DNA from: a virus
Taxonomy: Duplodnaviria; Caudoviricetes
DNA: 64,000 nt
Reading direction: 5' to 3' (one strand)
Virus record (IMG/VR): IMGVR_UViG_3300025608_000013
Span: 27,984-91,983 of that record
Under the pieces are notes generated by a model, which had not been told where the DNA came from, made no database searches, and saw only the letters and a program-made list of their open reading frames with translations. Every line of letters starts with the position of its first letter. Positions within the stretch are counted from its first letter, which is position 1. Position numbers and translations under genes: made by a program. Positions 1 to 9,660 of the stretch are shown in pieces.

Positions 1-622
1 GAATTTGCGGCATTGCTACTGGAGTTTTACTAGTATCGTTGTCGTCTAAAGCGATTGGAAATTCGCTCATTAGCATTACAGCATATTCTTTTTTAATTTC
101 GTTAATAATATCAATTACATCATTTAAGTGAAAGCTTCTACTAGTTGGATCAATAATGAATTCGCCCATGTTTTGTGTGCTACGACCAAATGGCTGTAGT
201 ACAACTACTTTGTCAAAACCAGTTTTTGCTTTAACTTCTTGTACTACATTATATGCTTGTACAATTTCTTGCTTATTAAGGAAAACTTTAGGATCACTTA
301 CTGATCGTAAACCTTTGTTGTTAATAGCAATGTCAAATGCTTGTGCTAGACTTGCTTGTTGATTATAGTATTCCCAAACTCTATAAGGTTCTGGGCTTAT
401 ACAATTGCGATCTTTAATGTAGTCTTGGAATAAGTTTTTATGCCAAACATCGTATGCACGTTCATGTAGTACAGGATGACCTTTATAAAAGTCCATGCCG
501 CCTTCGCATACAATAATAAAATCGTCGTCGGGATTTTCTTCGTGGAATTTTTCAAATGCCGGAATTGAGCAGATTACTCTTCCTGCTCCACCGTTGATAA
601 AAAATGCTGTGCTTCTAGACAA
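1..622 (-). CDS. Glycosyltransferase, GT9/heptosyltransferase-like (3' end outside window; missing from the ORF track)
   Basis: Manual translation from TTG at 622 (GGAGG SD at 631-635): MSRSTAFFINGGAGRVICSIPAFEKFHEENPDDDFIIVCEG...VVVLQPFGRS...; open to base 1. The N-terminal GGxGxxxxxxP and later 'lQPfG' resemble GT-B/GT9 enzymes. Confidence 0.65.
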   Translation of the reverse strand, partial: MSRSTAFFINGGAGRVICSIPAFEKFHEENPDDDFIIVCEGGMDFYKGHPVLHERAYDVWHKNLFQDYIKDRNCISPEPYRVWEYYNQQASLAQAFDIAINNKGLRSVSDPKVFLNKQEIVQAYNVVQEVKAKTGFDKVVVLQPFGRSTQNMGEFIIDPTSRSFHLNDVIDIINEIKKEYAVMLMSEFPIALDDNDTSKTPVAMPQI

Positions 623-668
623 AAAAACGTCCTCCATAAAATATAAAAATACTTATATAGAGGACGTT
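620..668 (-). promoter_or_regulatory. 13-bp hairpin plus U-tract covering the SD and UUG start, with a late-promoter variant (TATAAGTA) inside
   Basis: Minus-strand RNA AACGUCCUCUAUA...UAUGGAGGACGUU followed by a U-run ending in the UUG start; one G-U pair; TAAGTA at 650-655. Confidence 0.7.
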
Positions 669-693
669 ATATGTTGCTTGAGAAGTGGTTTAT

Positions 694-1401
694 TTAGTCT
701 GCGTTAGGATCCATCGCACCTTTGGTTTTCTTACCTGCTGGTGAGCCTGGAAGCATTTGTACTGCTAGACCTGGTTCAAACTCTGCGAGTGCTGTAGGAG
801 CATCGCGTAGTAGCTGGCGGTAAGTTAGCCATTCCTGGCGCATTTCTTCTGGCATTCCGTCGTCAATTACACCATCTGCATCGTCTAATGCATCGTTGCG
901 GAACTTACGGAAATCGTCCCATGTAAAGCTATCTGGTACACCATGCGAGTCATGATCTTTAATAGGAATGTTAAATTCGCCAGTATCAAAGTCATATACA
1001 ATGTTAAATTCATCGTAAATATCACGTGGTTCAAAATCTTCAGTTCTTAAAGTTTGTGTATTTTCATAACCGTCTGGACTAATTCCACTGTCAATCCATT
1101 CGCGTGTCTCACGAAGTTGAAGGGCTTCTTCTTTACCGCAATCGTTTGCGATTTCACAAAGCAACGGTTGCTCTTTGCAGTCTACAGTAACACGTTGTAC
1201 ATCAAGTGCGCACGGACGTTCTAGATCTTCGTCAGTCCATAAACACCATCCTGATTCTTTACCACTAACTTTATCAATCTCAAAAGTTAAAAACTCTGGA
1301 CCTTCGTATGTCCAAGTTCCGGTATTTCCGTTATTAAACTCTGCACAACACCACTCATCTGGTATTGGGTAAGTAAATTCTTTTGTAATGTATGTTGCCA
1401 T
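694..1401 (-). CDS. Tail fibre assembly chaperone (Tfa-like C-terminal domain)
   Basis: C-terminal WDDFRKFRNDALDDAD...EWLTYRQLLRDAP motif. ATG at 1401 with GAGGAG SD is preferred over the track's 1419 start. Confidence 0.75.
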   Translation of the reverse strand: MATYITKEFTYPIPDEWCCAEFNNGNTGTWTYEGPEFLTFEIDKVSGKESGWCLWTDEDLERPCALDVQRVTVDCKEQPLLCEIANDCGKEEALQLRETREWIDSGISPDGYENTQTLRTEDFEPRDIYDEFNIVYDFDTGEFNIPIKDHDSHGVPDSFTWDDFRKFRNDALDDADGVIDDGMPEEMRQEWLTYRQLLRDAPTALAEFEPGLAVQMLPGSPAGKKTKGAMDPNAD

Positions 1402-1422
1402 TTTATTTAAGCTCCTCAAACA

Positions 1423-1429
1423 TATTTAT
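1423..1429 (-). promoter_or_regulatory. T4-type late promoter (representative of a dispersed set)
   Basis: (A)TAAATA upstream of genes at 1423, 4813, 9652, 15040, 19593, 23682, 26030, 26679, 30625, 31547, 35592, 37316 (minus) and 35560, 42250, 49917, 50405 (plus); variant TAAGTA at 650 and 38293. Confidence 0.8.
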
Positions 1430-1434
1430 CATTA

Positions 1435-2271
1435 TTACATAAATGTTATTCTAACAACGCCTGAACCACCCTGTGTGCCACCGGCACAACATTTGTGAGC
1501 GTTATCGTAGTAACTATTTTCGCCTGACTGTCCACCGCCAGCTGGCCAGTTGTTGTAACATCCGCAAACACACCATGTTTCTGATGCAGAGTTAAACGAA
1601 CGTTTACCAATTATTGGTGCGGCGCCAGTCCAATTACCACGGCGTCTACAATGGTGATGACCGTTACCAAAACGCATACCTGTGTCACCCATCATTACCA
1701 TATCGGCACCAAAACCGCCACAAATATTACAGTTAGCGCAACCCCATGAGCGATCATATACGCCCCAAGCGTCTGCGTTACAGTTCCATCCACTACAACC
1801 ACCTGTTACACAGAAGTTGTTTAGGTTATGTCCGTTTACATATGAACGACATCCCATTCCTGCTGTACATGTATGTGATTTTTCACATGGCCATGAACCG
1901 CCAGCGCACACTGTATATGTACAACCAGGTGTTGTTTCAATTGTTTTAATAGCGTAGTTTCCGCCTTGTCCAGAGATAGTATACATACAGCAGTTAGCAC
2001 ATGTACCTCCTGCGCCTGCTCCGCCGCCTGACCAAATTTCAAAAGTAACTGTTGAAACACCACCGGGCACTGTCCATAAACAACATTGACCATTTGACTG
2101 TCCGCAACAATCACCGTTGTTAGCGCACTGATGACATTCTAGGCCGCGTTGATTGTAGATCCACTGTACACCGTAGTTGTGTCCTGCACCAGGTGCTAGA
2201 TCTGCTCTAGTCAGCTCTCGATCTGGAATACTTTCTGTTTTTACTTTTTTATAACTTGCGTATGACGCCAT
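1435..2271 (-). CDS. Cys/Gly-rich putative fibre-tip or adhesin protein, paralog 3
   Basis: MASYASYKK start, WTVP...VTFEIWSGGG and terminal GGSGVVRITF glycine-rich motifs; 26 Cys counted. Confidence 0.6.
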   Translation of the reverse strand: MASYASYKKVKTESIPDRELTRADLAPGAGHNYGVQWIYNQRGLECHQCANNGDCCGQSNGQCCLWTVPGGVSTVTFEIWSGGGAGAGGTCANCCMYTISGQGGNYAIKTIETTPGCTYTVCAGGSWPCEKSHTCTAGMGCRSYVNGHNLNNFCVTGGCSGWNCNADAWGVYDRSWGCANCNICGGFGADMVMMGDTGMRFGNGHHHCRRRGNWTGAAPIIGKRSFNSASETWCVCGCYNNWPAGGGQSGENSYYDNAHKCCAGGTQGGSGVVRITFM

Positions 2272-3574
2272 CTTGTTTTTCCTATTCTTTAAGCAAACGT
2301 AATCTTAACAATGCCTGAACCGCCTTGACCTTGTCCGCCGCCGCAGCATTTTTCTGCTGTTTCACAGTAAGAACTCATTCCGCCTAGCGATCCGCCAGCT
2401 GGCCAGTTAACGTGATATCCACATCCGCACCATGATTCTGTTAAAGACATTTGGTGAATTACTCCGCCTAGCATTGGTGCACCGCCTGTTGACTGGTGGT
2501 CAGCACCTTGACAATGACAACCTGAGTGACCTAGTCTGTTTCCAACAAATCCCATAATACCAAAGTCTGCACCAAACATACCACAAATGTTACAGTTAGC
2601 ACAGCCATATGACTTATCATATGTACCCCATGCGTCACCATTACACATCCAGCCACCACAACCACCTGTTACACAGAAGTTGCTTAGGTTATGTCCGTTT
2701 ACATATGAACGACATCCCATTCCAGCTGAACAAGTGTGTGACTTACTACACGGCCACGAGCCGCCGGCACATACTGTATATTGACAACCAGGTGTAGTAC
2801 TAATATGCTTCATAGCATAGTTTCCGCCGGCGCCGCCGCCATTAAATGAACAACAGTTACAACATGTCTGTCCGGCTCCGCCGCCTCCACCTGACCAAAT
2901 TTCAAATGTTACTTTTGATACACCACCGGGTACAGTCCATAAACAGCATCTTCCATTTGCTTGAGCACAACAGCCGCCAGCTGCTGAACAGGTTTGACAT
3001 TGTAATGCTCGCTCAGCATAAATCCACTGAACACAGGCTTGGTTACCTTCGCCAATTCCGATTTTTTCAGCTGCAATACTGCCGTCTTCGAATTGGTCTG
3101 TTTTTATTTTTTTATAACTTGCGTAACTTGCCATTCTTTATCCTTTTACGTAAATGTAATTTTTACAATTCCCGAGCCGCCTTGACCCATGCCGCCTGCG
3201 CAACATTTTTCTGCTGTTTCACAATATGGAGAAACGCCTGATGCTCCGCCGCCAGCTGGCCAGTTTACATAACATCCGCAAGCACACCATGCTTCTGATG
3301 TTGCCACAGCTTGCATTTTACCAATTAAAGGTGCTTGTCCAGTAAAGCTAGTTTGTCCATGACATCTACATGCACTTCCGCCTGTTCTAAAGCCAGTTGT
3401 TCCTGGCATTGTCATATCTGCTCCGCCAAAAGAAGCGCAAATATTACAACCTGCACAAGTACCATGAATACGTGGACCCCAAGCATCACCATTACACATC
3501 CAGCCGCCACAGCCGCCGATGACACAATAGTTGCTTAGGTTATGTCCGTTTACATATGAACGACATCCCATTCC
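1821..3574. repeat. 40-nt exact direct repeat in all three Cys-rich paralogs
   Basis: TTAGGTTATGTCCGTTTACATATGAACGACATCCCATTCC at 1821-1860, 2684-2723 and 3535-3574. Confidence 0.9.
2289..3134 (-). CDS. Cys/Gly-rich putative fibre-tip or adhesin protein, paralog 2
   Basis: Same architecture; 29 Cys counted. Confidence 0.6.
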   Translation of the reverse strand: MASYASYKKIKTDQFEDGSIAAEKIGIGEGNQACVQWIYAERALQCQTCSAAGGCCAQANGRCCLWTVPGGVSKVTFEIWSGGGGGAGQTCCNCCSFNGGGAGGNYAMKHISTTPGCQYTVCAGGSWPCSKSHTCSAGMGCRSYVNGHNLSNFCVTGGCGGWMCNGDAWGTYDKSYGCANCNICGMFGADFGIMGFVGNRLGHSGCHCQGADHQSTGGAPMLGGVIHQMSLTESWCGCGYHVNWPAGGSLGGMSSYCETAEKCCGGGQGQGGSGIVKITFA

Positions 3575-3985
3575 GCCTGTGCATGTATGCGACTTACTAC
3601 ACGGCCACGAGCCGCCGGCACATACTGTATACTGACAACCAGGTCTAGTACAGATAGTTTTTGATGCATAACTACCACCTTGGCCCCCGGCGGAGAATCC
3701 ACAACAGTTACAGCATGTATGTCCGGCTCCGCCGCCGCCACCTGACCAAATTTCAAATGTTACTTTTGATACATTGTTCGGAACAGTCCACAAACAACAT
3801 CTTCCGTTTGCTTGCTCACAACACCCGCCGGCGTTAGCACAGTTATGACATGCGTGACCTCGGCTATTATAAATCCACTGAACACCGTATGCGTTTCCTG
3901 CGCCGTTTACTAATTTATCTTGCGTAACTGCGCCGTCTGTAACTTGTTCAGACTTAACTTTTTTATAACTTGCATAAGATGCCAT
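3146..3985 (-). CDS. Cys/Gly-rich putative fibre-tip or adhesin protein, paralog 1
   Basis: Same architecture; 30 Cys counted. Confidence 0.6.
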   Translation of the reverse strand: MASYASYKKVKSEQVTDGAVTQDKLVNGAGNAYGVQWIYNSRGHACHNCANAGGCCEQANGRCCLWTVPNNVSKVTFEIWSGGGGGAGHTCCNCCGFSAGGQGGSYASKTICTRPGCQYTVCAGGSWPCSKSHTCTGGMGCRSYVNGHNLSNYCVIGGCGGWMCNGDAWGPRIHGTCAGCNICASFGGADMTMPGTTGFRTGGSACRCHGQTSFTGQAPLIGKMQAVATSEAWCACGCYVNWPAGGGASGVSPYCETAEKCCAGGMGQGGSGIVKITFT

Positions 3986-4003
3986 TTATTAATTTCCTTA
4001 ATA

Positions 4004-4459
4004 TTATACTGATAGTAGACGCCAGCCGTATGTTCCGCCTGAATAAACTATGTCAAACGATGCACCTTCTGAGTCTACAGTTAGATCTGCACCGTCGCCC
4101 ATAATTAGGTTACCATTACGTGCAAGTGTGCATGCATTAGTATCAAAAGTACGTGCTGCGTCAAACACACGAATCGAATCGCCTACTTGCGGACTTGCTG
4201 GCAATGTAACAGTTCTGCTGCCGCTGCTAGTGTCCATAAAAATTTGTTGTCCTGGTGCTGCTGTAACATTACTACTAGTATTTACTGTTTCAAACGCACC
4301 TACCGGAAGCCAAGAAGTTCCATTGTAAAATTCTAAAAAGTTTCTGTCGGTATTAAATCTAAAGAAACCTGCTGCCGGAGCAGTTGGTCTTTGATTTTCA
4401 GGACCATACGGAAGCGTTGCTCCTGTTGGTGCTGAACCTAGTGTAATTCTTCTTCCCAT
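4004..4459 (-). CDS. Small tail-fibre-associated protein
   Basis: LPYG..RP..GFFRFNT..LEFYNG..W motif plus TVTLPASPQVGD.IRVFD domain typical of phage fibre proteins. Confidence 0.6.
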   Translation of the reverse strand: MGRRITLGSAPTGATLPYGPENQRPTAPAAGFFRFNTDRNFLEFYNGTSWLPVGAFETVNTSSNVTAAPGQQIFMDTSSGSRTVTLPASPQVGDSIRVFDAARTFDTNACTLARNGNLIMGDGADLTVDSEGASFDIVYSGGTYGWRLLSV

Positions 4460-4469
4460 TACTTACTCC

Positions 4470-4793
4470 TTAAGCCGGTTGTGCTGTTTCAATGCCGTAC
4501 GCAACAACGTTTACGTTTGCTTGTGACGATCTTACAACAATGTAGGCATTAGCTTCAATTACAATACCTGTTCTTTCTAGCACACCTTTAGGTGCTAGCT
4601 GCACGTCATACTCAATATATTCAGCATTACCCGGTGTTTCAGTTGTACTAACTGCAACACGAATGTCTGCTGTGTTAGAACCTCTGTTACAAACGTTGAT
4701 GGTTGCTACTGCGTAAAATCCATCTGGTACTTGATATACCGTTTCGTTTGTGCTTACAGATAGGTCTGCTGTTCCTAGTCTACCATTTGCCAT
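4470..4793 (-). CDS. Small virion protein (about 110 aa fibre-adaptor-like paralog family)
   Basis: Similar by eye to 15406-15738 and 24218-24550 (Y.VP...T.NVCN). Has its own late promoter and SD. Confidence 0.55.
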   Translation of the reverse strand: MANGRLGTADLSVSTNETVYQVPDGFYAVATINVCNRGSNTADIRVAVSTTETPGNAEYIEYDVQLAPKGVLERTGIVIEANAYIVVRSSQANVNVVAYGIETAQPA

Positions 4794-4823
4794 TTTATGT
4801 TCTCTCCGTTAATATTTATCTTG

Positions 4824-7800
4824 TTACTTTAAGAAGTATGATAGCGCAACTGGATCGCCTGCGATACCACCTTCAAAGTTAGCTGTAGCAGTAATATTCA
4901 AAGGCACATTAGTACTTGTACTAATTGTGTCTCCAGTAATATTTACCACACCTGCCGTAATGGCGTTTACGTTTAGTTCCGACTGACCGCCACCAATCTG
5001 TGAGTTAATGTAAGCAATAATTGCTCGTTGTGTTGGTACAACATTATCTGAGTTAGCACTAAATGATCCATCTGTACTAAATTCGTTAATGACTGCACCG
5101 CCAGCACCTAGTCCAACAGCACCAAGTTGTAGTTCTTGTAGTCCTGCTAGTGAGAACGCATTAACATTCAAACTTGCTTGTCCTGTTGCCTGTTCAACGT
5201 TAAACAAACGTCCAACACGGAAGTTACCATCTTGGTCTGTACTTGTGTAGAACACTCGTCCGCCACCGCCTTCGACTACTTCATCGTCAATATCTGGTGC
5301 AATTAGTGGAGTACCTGGATAGTTAGTATTCTGGAAATTACCAGTACCAATGTCTAGGAAGTCGTGTCCTGTTAGTCGTGTTTGAGAATAACGAATTCTC
5401 AATTCAAAACTTGTTCCGTGTGCAGGAGCAGTTTCAATTCCTGTATCTGGAGCAATTTGTAAATTAGCAGTATAAGGACCGTTTCCTAACAATTCACGCA
5501 CAGCAACAATCTTAAAGAATCTACTATCGCCTGTAATAGTTAAGTTTGACCCTTCTTGCGGAATGTCTGTTAGTCCTTCAACATTAAGGTACTGTCCTGA
5601 CTGGAAGATATCTGCATAACCGTCTCCAGTTGTAACTTCAGCACTTGCAGTTTCGTAGTCAACACCTCTATTACTCCAAGTAGGTTGAGTTAGAACACCG
5701 TCTGCAATTCTTACATCATGCGGTACATCTAGTGTACTACTCGGATCTGTAATTGTCATTGTTGGTGCACTAGTATATCCACTACCTGGGTTAACAATAC
5801 GGATCTCAACTACACGCTCGTCTGATACTCTTGCACGAGCAAATGCGCCAGAACCGCCGCCGCCGCTAAATGTTACTCTTGGCTCAACAATGTAAGTTGT
5901 AGTAGCATCTAGTGCAGTTTCGATTGGGTTAGTATAGTGGAATGTATCCCAACCTGCTGTGCCATCACTTTCTTTAGCAATATTAGCAACTTTAGTATTA
6001 GCGTTATATGCAGTAATTCTACCATACTGTCCTGCGCCTTTACCTGATAAGATTACAATACGCATACCAACATACTCTGCTGATTCTGCAACTTCTGTGT
6101 TAGAAAGTGTAATAGTTGTTGTAGTACCGGCCTGCGCAGTGTTTGTATTTGTATTGAATCCACGACCACCAAAGCTATCTGCTTCTCCGTCATCGTTATA
6201 CGTACTTCCGTCATCTGGATTACGTAGTCTTACTTCAAATATACCACCATTAACAACGTTTGCACTATCTACTGCTGCGCCAAAACCTGCACCTGAAATA
6301 CCGTATGTAGCAGTTGTATAGTCTTGACCTGCATTAGTATATTCAACATGTAGTACTTCGTTACCGTCAGTTAATACATAACCAATTTGTGCTTCTAATT
6401 TGCGGTTATCAATTGTACCAGTGATTGGAACTTCTGTTTCGTCAACACCTTCTGATACAGCGCCGAAGTCGCCATATGAACAGTTACCGTTAGTGCCACG
6501 AATCTTACCGCCTTCTTCTGCTAGATAACCAATGTGTCCATAGTATGAGAAGATACTAACAAGTTCTGCTCTACCTAAGTTAGTTACCCATGCACCAATA
6601 CCGTCACTTAGTACCTGTGTAAAGTCGTTAGCAACAATCGAATCGTTACCGCCATCGTGGATGGCACCGTCTACTTTAATACCTACACAGCCTGTACCAA
6701 ATGTTGTTACACCTTGTACATATGGTGAACGTGTTTGAATCCATACACGGTCGTCTTCTGTTCCCCAACCTGGATCAAGTGATGTATATGCACCTGCTGT
6801 TGGACGCTTAGTACCGTAGCTGTTTGCTGCTCCAAGTGTACCATTTAATCCAGCTGTTGTCATGTTACGAATACCAGTTGCATCTCGTAGTAAGTACATG
6901 TTTTCTAATTGTGAACCTTGTACACTGTTTGTGTAGAACAAGCCTGCCATTAGTGTTTCATAGTTACCCGGATATGCTAGGTCGTATTTAAATGCATCAA
7001 TATATGCGCGAACGTCACGCTCACATGCAGTTTCGTCGTAATCGTAAGCAGGATAGTCATCGTTGATCTTGCTAGTAACTTCTCTAGCAATGAAGTCTTT
7101 GTTAAGCTCTAGCAATCTAATTGCACGATAAATTTGCTCATCATCAACTCGGGTATTATTGCCACCAAATACTGGTGCTGTTGAGTCACCAGTAGCACCA
7201 TTGATTTCATAATCAATTTTATCATATAGCTGTTGTACTAGATTTTGCACAAGTGTAGCTGTTCCTGCATCTGCATGAGGAAGACTATCATCTTGTGTTA
7301 ATGTGTTGCCAGTTGTTGGTGTAATAGGATTACCAGTTACGATATCATCGATAACATCTTGTAAGTGTACAAGACCTGCTAGTGAGTATGTAACATCGCC
7401 CGAACCTGTTAATTGTCCTGCTGGCTCAACTCTTGTTGAACGTAGTTCGTCACCTTGGATCACACAGCGTTCTGGAACACGGATTGGAAGTACTTCAGTA
7501 AATCTTCCTGTCTTAACCATAATGCTTGTATGACGCTTAACTTCTGCTGGAAGAGTCAAACCACCGCCTAGTGTAATTGAATTTTTCATTACAGTGTGCA
7601 ATGTTGTAATGTCTGTTAATACACCAGTTTCTGCAGGCTTGCTAGTATCTTTAACTTGGATATACTGATTTGCTAGTGCAATACTACCTTCTGTCTGATA
7701 GTTTACATCTGGATCGACACTGTTGATAACTTTATCAATTAGTACTAGTGCATAATCAAGTGCAGCAACGTTTTGAGATTCGCCGCCTACGTTAAACCAG

Positions 7801-9623
7801 TCACCGTCTGTCTGATTAATAAATGTATTTGCAACACGTCTTGTGTTTACATTTCCGCCCTTGCGTATATCTAAAATAACTGCGTCTATTACAAATCCAA
7901 CAATACGTTCAAACTCTAACTGATCAAAATCAAAACCAATGAAGAACGGATCAGTTTCTGTAACAATCTGACGCTTAGTCCATTCACCTACTTCTTTTTG
8001 GATATAAGTTCTGTTAACTTCTAGCAAATAAGTTGCGTTAGGTGCCTTTGTACCTTTTTCAACTTGTTCTGCTGCATAACGGATTGTTTTCCAAGGACGG
8101 TCTAGTGTAATACCGTAGCTAGGCGCTGGAGAGTCTACACCGTTGCTAGCAACATAATAAACATCATCAGTTGCACCAAAGTCTGTCCATTCTGGAATAC
8201 CAGCAGCACTAACACTTAATACTTGACCTTCTTCGCCAATTGGCAGTCTTGCTGGTCCTGATCCACTTTGATAAAGGATATCACCTTCTGTAGTTAGAGC
8301 ACTTTCTTCAGCACCTGATGCTAAGTTATTCCAAAAGTCGCCTAGTGAATCGTTGTCTGGACGATTTGCTGTTTCTGATGTGTGTGCAGCAATACAAATG
8401 TAGCTGATTAGACCATAGCGTACTGCGTCACCTGCATCATAGAAAGTAGCAGTTAACCATTCATCTTTCCATTCAATACCCTGGTTTAGTCTTTCCCAGT
8501 ATGTTGCGTTTGGTGGACGTTGTCCTTCGTGATTAGTAACACAAAGATATGTATAGCCGCCTAGTCTTACAACATCACCTACACGATATTCTTGGTTAGT
8601 TGAGTCGTCTCCCCAGTCGCCACGGTTACGGAACCCGGTTGTTAATAAGTCCCACGAATCATCTACGCCAGGCTGTCTATTGTAGTTGTTTACAGTAGCA
8701 ACATATCCAAAACCACCAAATGTTACAAAGTCACCTGGTTGATAATTTCTATTATAGTCCCAAGTGTTTTCAAATTCTAATCCTGGTACAAAAATTTCCC
8801 AGTTGTCTTGATCTGCTTTTAGTGTACCTGTTCCTGAATCGTCAGCTGGTACAACTGAAGTGTGGGGAACTGTACAAATCCAAAGCGTAGCACCGTACTT
8901 AACAACATCGTTTACTTTGTAGCGTGTTGCATTCGCCCATGTGCCTTTGTAATCGAAACCTTCGTTTAAGTAATCCCATTTTTCTTGGTCGTCTTCTAAT
9001 CCTAGACCACTAGTTGCGGCAGAAGTGTGGCCTTGGTTACAAACATAAGTTGTTCCACCAAACTTAACAATGTCGTTTACTTTATAACGGGTGCTAGTAG
9101 CCCAAGTTGCTTTCCACTCAAGACCTTCGGAGAATAAGTCCCAGCTGTTTTGATTAGCTTCTAATCCTAGAGCATCTGTAACAGCAGCAGTGTGACCAGT
9201 GTTACAGAAGTAAATATTACCTCCGTACTTGACCAAGTCGTTTGCTTTGTACTGTGTACCTGCAACCCAATCTGATTTCCATTCAATAGATGTAGCAAAC
9301 AGATCCCATTTTTCTTGATCGTCTTCAAGAATTGAGCCAGCTAAGTGTCCTTCGTTACAGATATACAAAATACCACCGTATGCTACGATGTCATTTTCTT
9401 TATAAAACGTTCCTGTTGTCCAGTCGTTTTTCCATTCTGTACCGTCACTAAACTTGTTCCAATGATCCTCGTCATTGTAAAAGTTTGATGATGCTGTATG
9501 TCCGCGTACTGCTACATATGTTCTACCACCGTAGCGAACAATATCGTCCTTTAGATATTCTGTACTAGGAGACCAAACTCCTTTCCATATAAATCTAATT
9601 CTACCTAACTTAAATTCTGCCAT
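4824..9623 (-). CDS. Large tail fibre protein with N-terminal CBM5/12 (ChtBD3)-like repeats and a beta-helix body
   Basis: About nine W...T.Y..xDiVxYGG..YxC...HTS repeats; YYVASNGVD...PWKTIRYA and LPIRVPE..IQGDELRST beta-helix entry motifs. Confidence 0.75.
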   Translation of the reverse strand: MAEFKLGRIRFIWKGVWSPSTEYLKDDIVRYGGRTYVAVRGHTASSNFYNDEDHWNKFSDGTEWKNDWTTGTFYKENDIVAYGGILYICNEGHLAGSILEDDQEKWDLFATSIEWKSDWVAGTQYKANDLVKYGGNIYFCNTGHTAAVTDALGLEANQNSWDLFSEGLEWKATWATSTRYKVNDIVKFGGTTYVCNQGHTSAATSGLGLEDDQEKWDYLNEGFDYKGTWANATRYKVNDVVKYGATLWICTVPHTSVVPADDSGTGTLKADQDNWEIFVPGLEFENTWDYNRNYQPGDFVTFGGFGYVATVNNYNRQPGVDDSWDLLTTGFRNRGDWGDDSTNQEYRVGDVVRLGGYTYLCVTNHEGQRPPNATYWERLNQGIEWKDEWLTATFYDAGDAVRYGLISYICIAAHTSETANRPDNDSLGDFWNNLASGAEESALTTEGDILYQSGSGPARLPIGEEGQVLSVSAAGIPEWTDFGATDDVYYVASNGVDSPAPSYGITLDRPWKTIRYAAEQVEKGTKAPNATYLLEVNRTYIQKEVGEWTKRQIVTETDPFFIGFDFDQLEFERIVGFVIDAVILDIRKGGNVNTRRVANTFINQTDGDWFNVGGESQNVAALDYALVLIDKVINSVDPDVNYQTEGSIALANQYIQVKDTSKPAETGVLTDITTLHTVMKNSITLGGGLTLPAEVKRHTSIMVKTGRFTEVLPIRVPERCVIQGDELRSTRVEPAGQLTGSGDVTYSLAGLVHLQDVIDDIVTGNPITPTTGNTLTQDDSLPHADAGTATLVQNLVQQLYDKIDYEINGATGDSTAPVFGGNNTRVDDEQIYRAIRLLELNKDFIAREVTSKINDDYPAYDYDETACERDVRAYIDAFKYDLAYPGNYETLMAGLFYTNSVQGSQLENMYLLRDATGIRNMTTAGLNGTLGAANSYGTKRPTAGAYTSLDPGWGTEDDRVWIQTRSPYVQGVTTFGTGCVGIKVDGAIHDGGNDSIVANDFTQVLSDGIGAWVTNLGRAELVSIFSYYGHIGYLAEEGGKIRGTNGNCSYGDFGAVSEGVDETEVPITGTIDNRKLEAQIGYVLTDGNEVLHVEYTNAGQDYTTATYGISGAGFGAAVDSANVVNGGIFEVRLRNPDDGSTYNDDGEADSFGGRGFNTNTNTAQAGTTTTITLSNTEVAESAEYVGMRIVILSGKGAGQYGRITAYNANTKVANIAKESDGTAGWDTFHYTNPIETALDATTTYIVEPRVTFSGGGGSGAFARARVSDERVVEIRIVNPGSGYTSAPTMTITDPSSTLDVPHDVRIADGVLTQPTWSNRGVDYETASAEVTTGDGYADIFQSGQYLNVEGLTDIPQEGSNLTITGDSRFFKIVAVRELLGNGPYTANLQIAPDTGIETAPAHGTSFELRIRYSQTRLTGHDFLDIGTGNFQNTNYPGTPLIAPDIDDEVVEGGGGRVFYTSTDQDGNFRVGRLFNVEQATGQASLNVNAFSLAGLQELQLGAVGLGAGGAVINEFSTDGSFSANSDNVVPTQRAIIAYINSQIGGGQSELNVNAITAGVVNITGDTISTSTNVPLNITATANFEGGIAGDPVALSYFLK

Positions 9624-9660
9624 TTAATTGCTCCGTTTACTAGCTTTTTTATATTTATCT

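Noticed and set aside
1435-3985. Diversity-generating retroelement or invertible cassette acting on the adhesin paralogs
   Set aside because: No reverse transcriptase or invertase in the window, repeats are direct, and differences are not adenine-specific.
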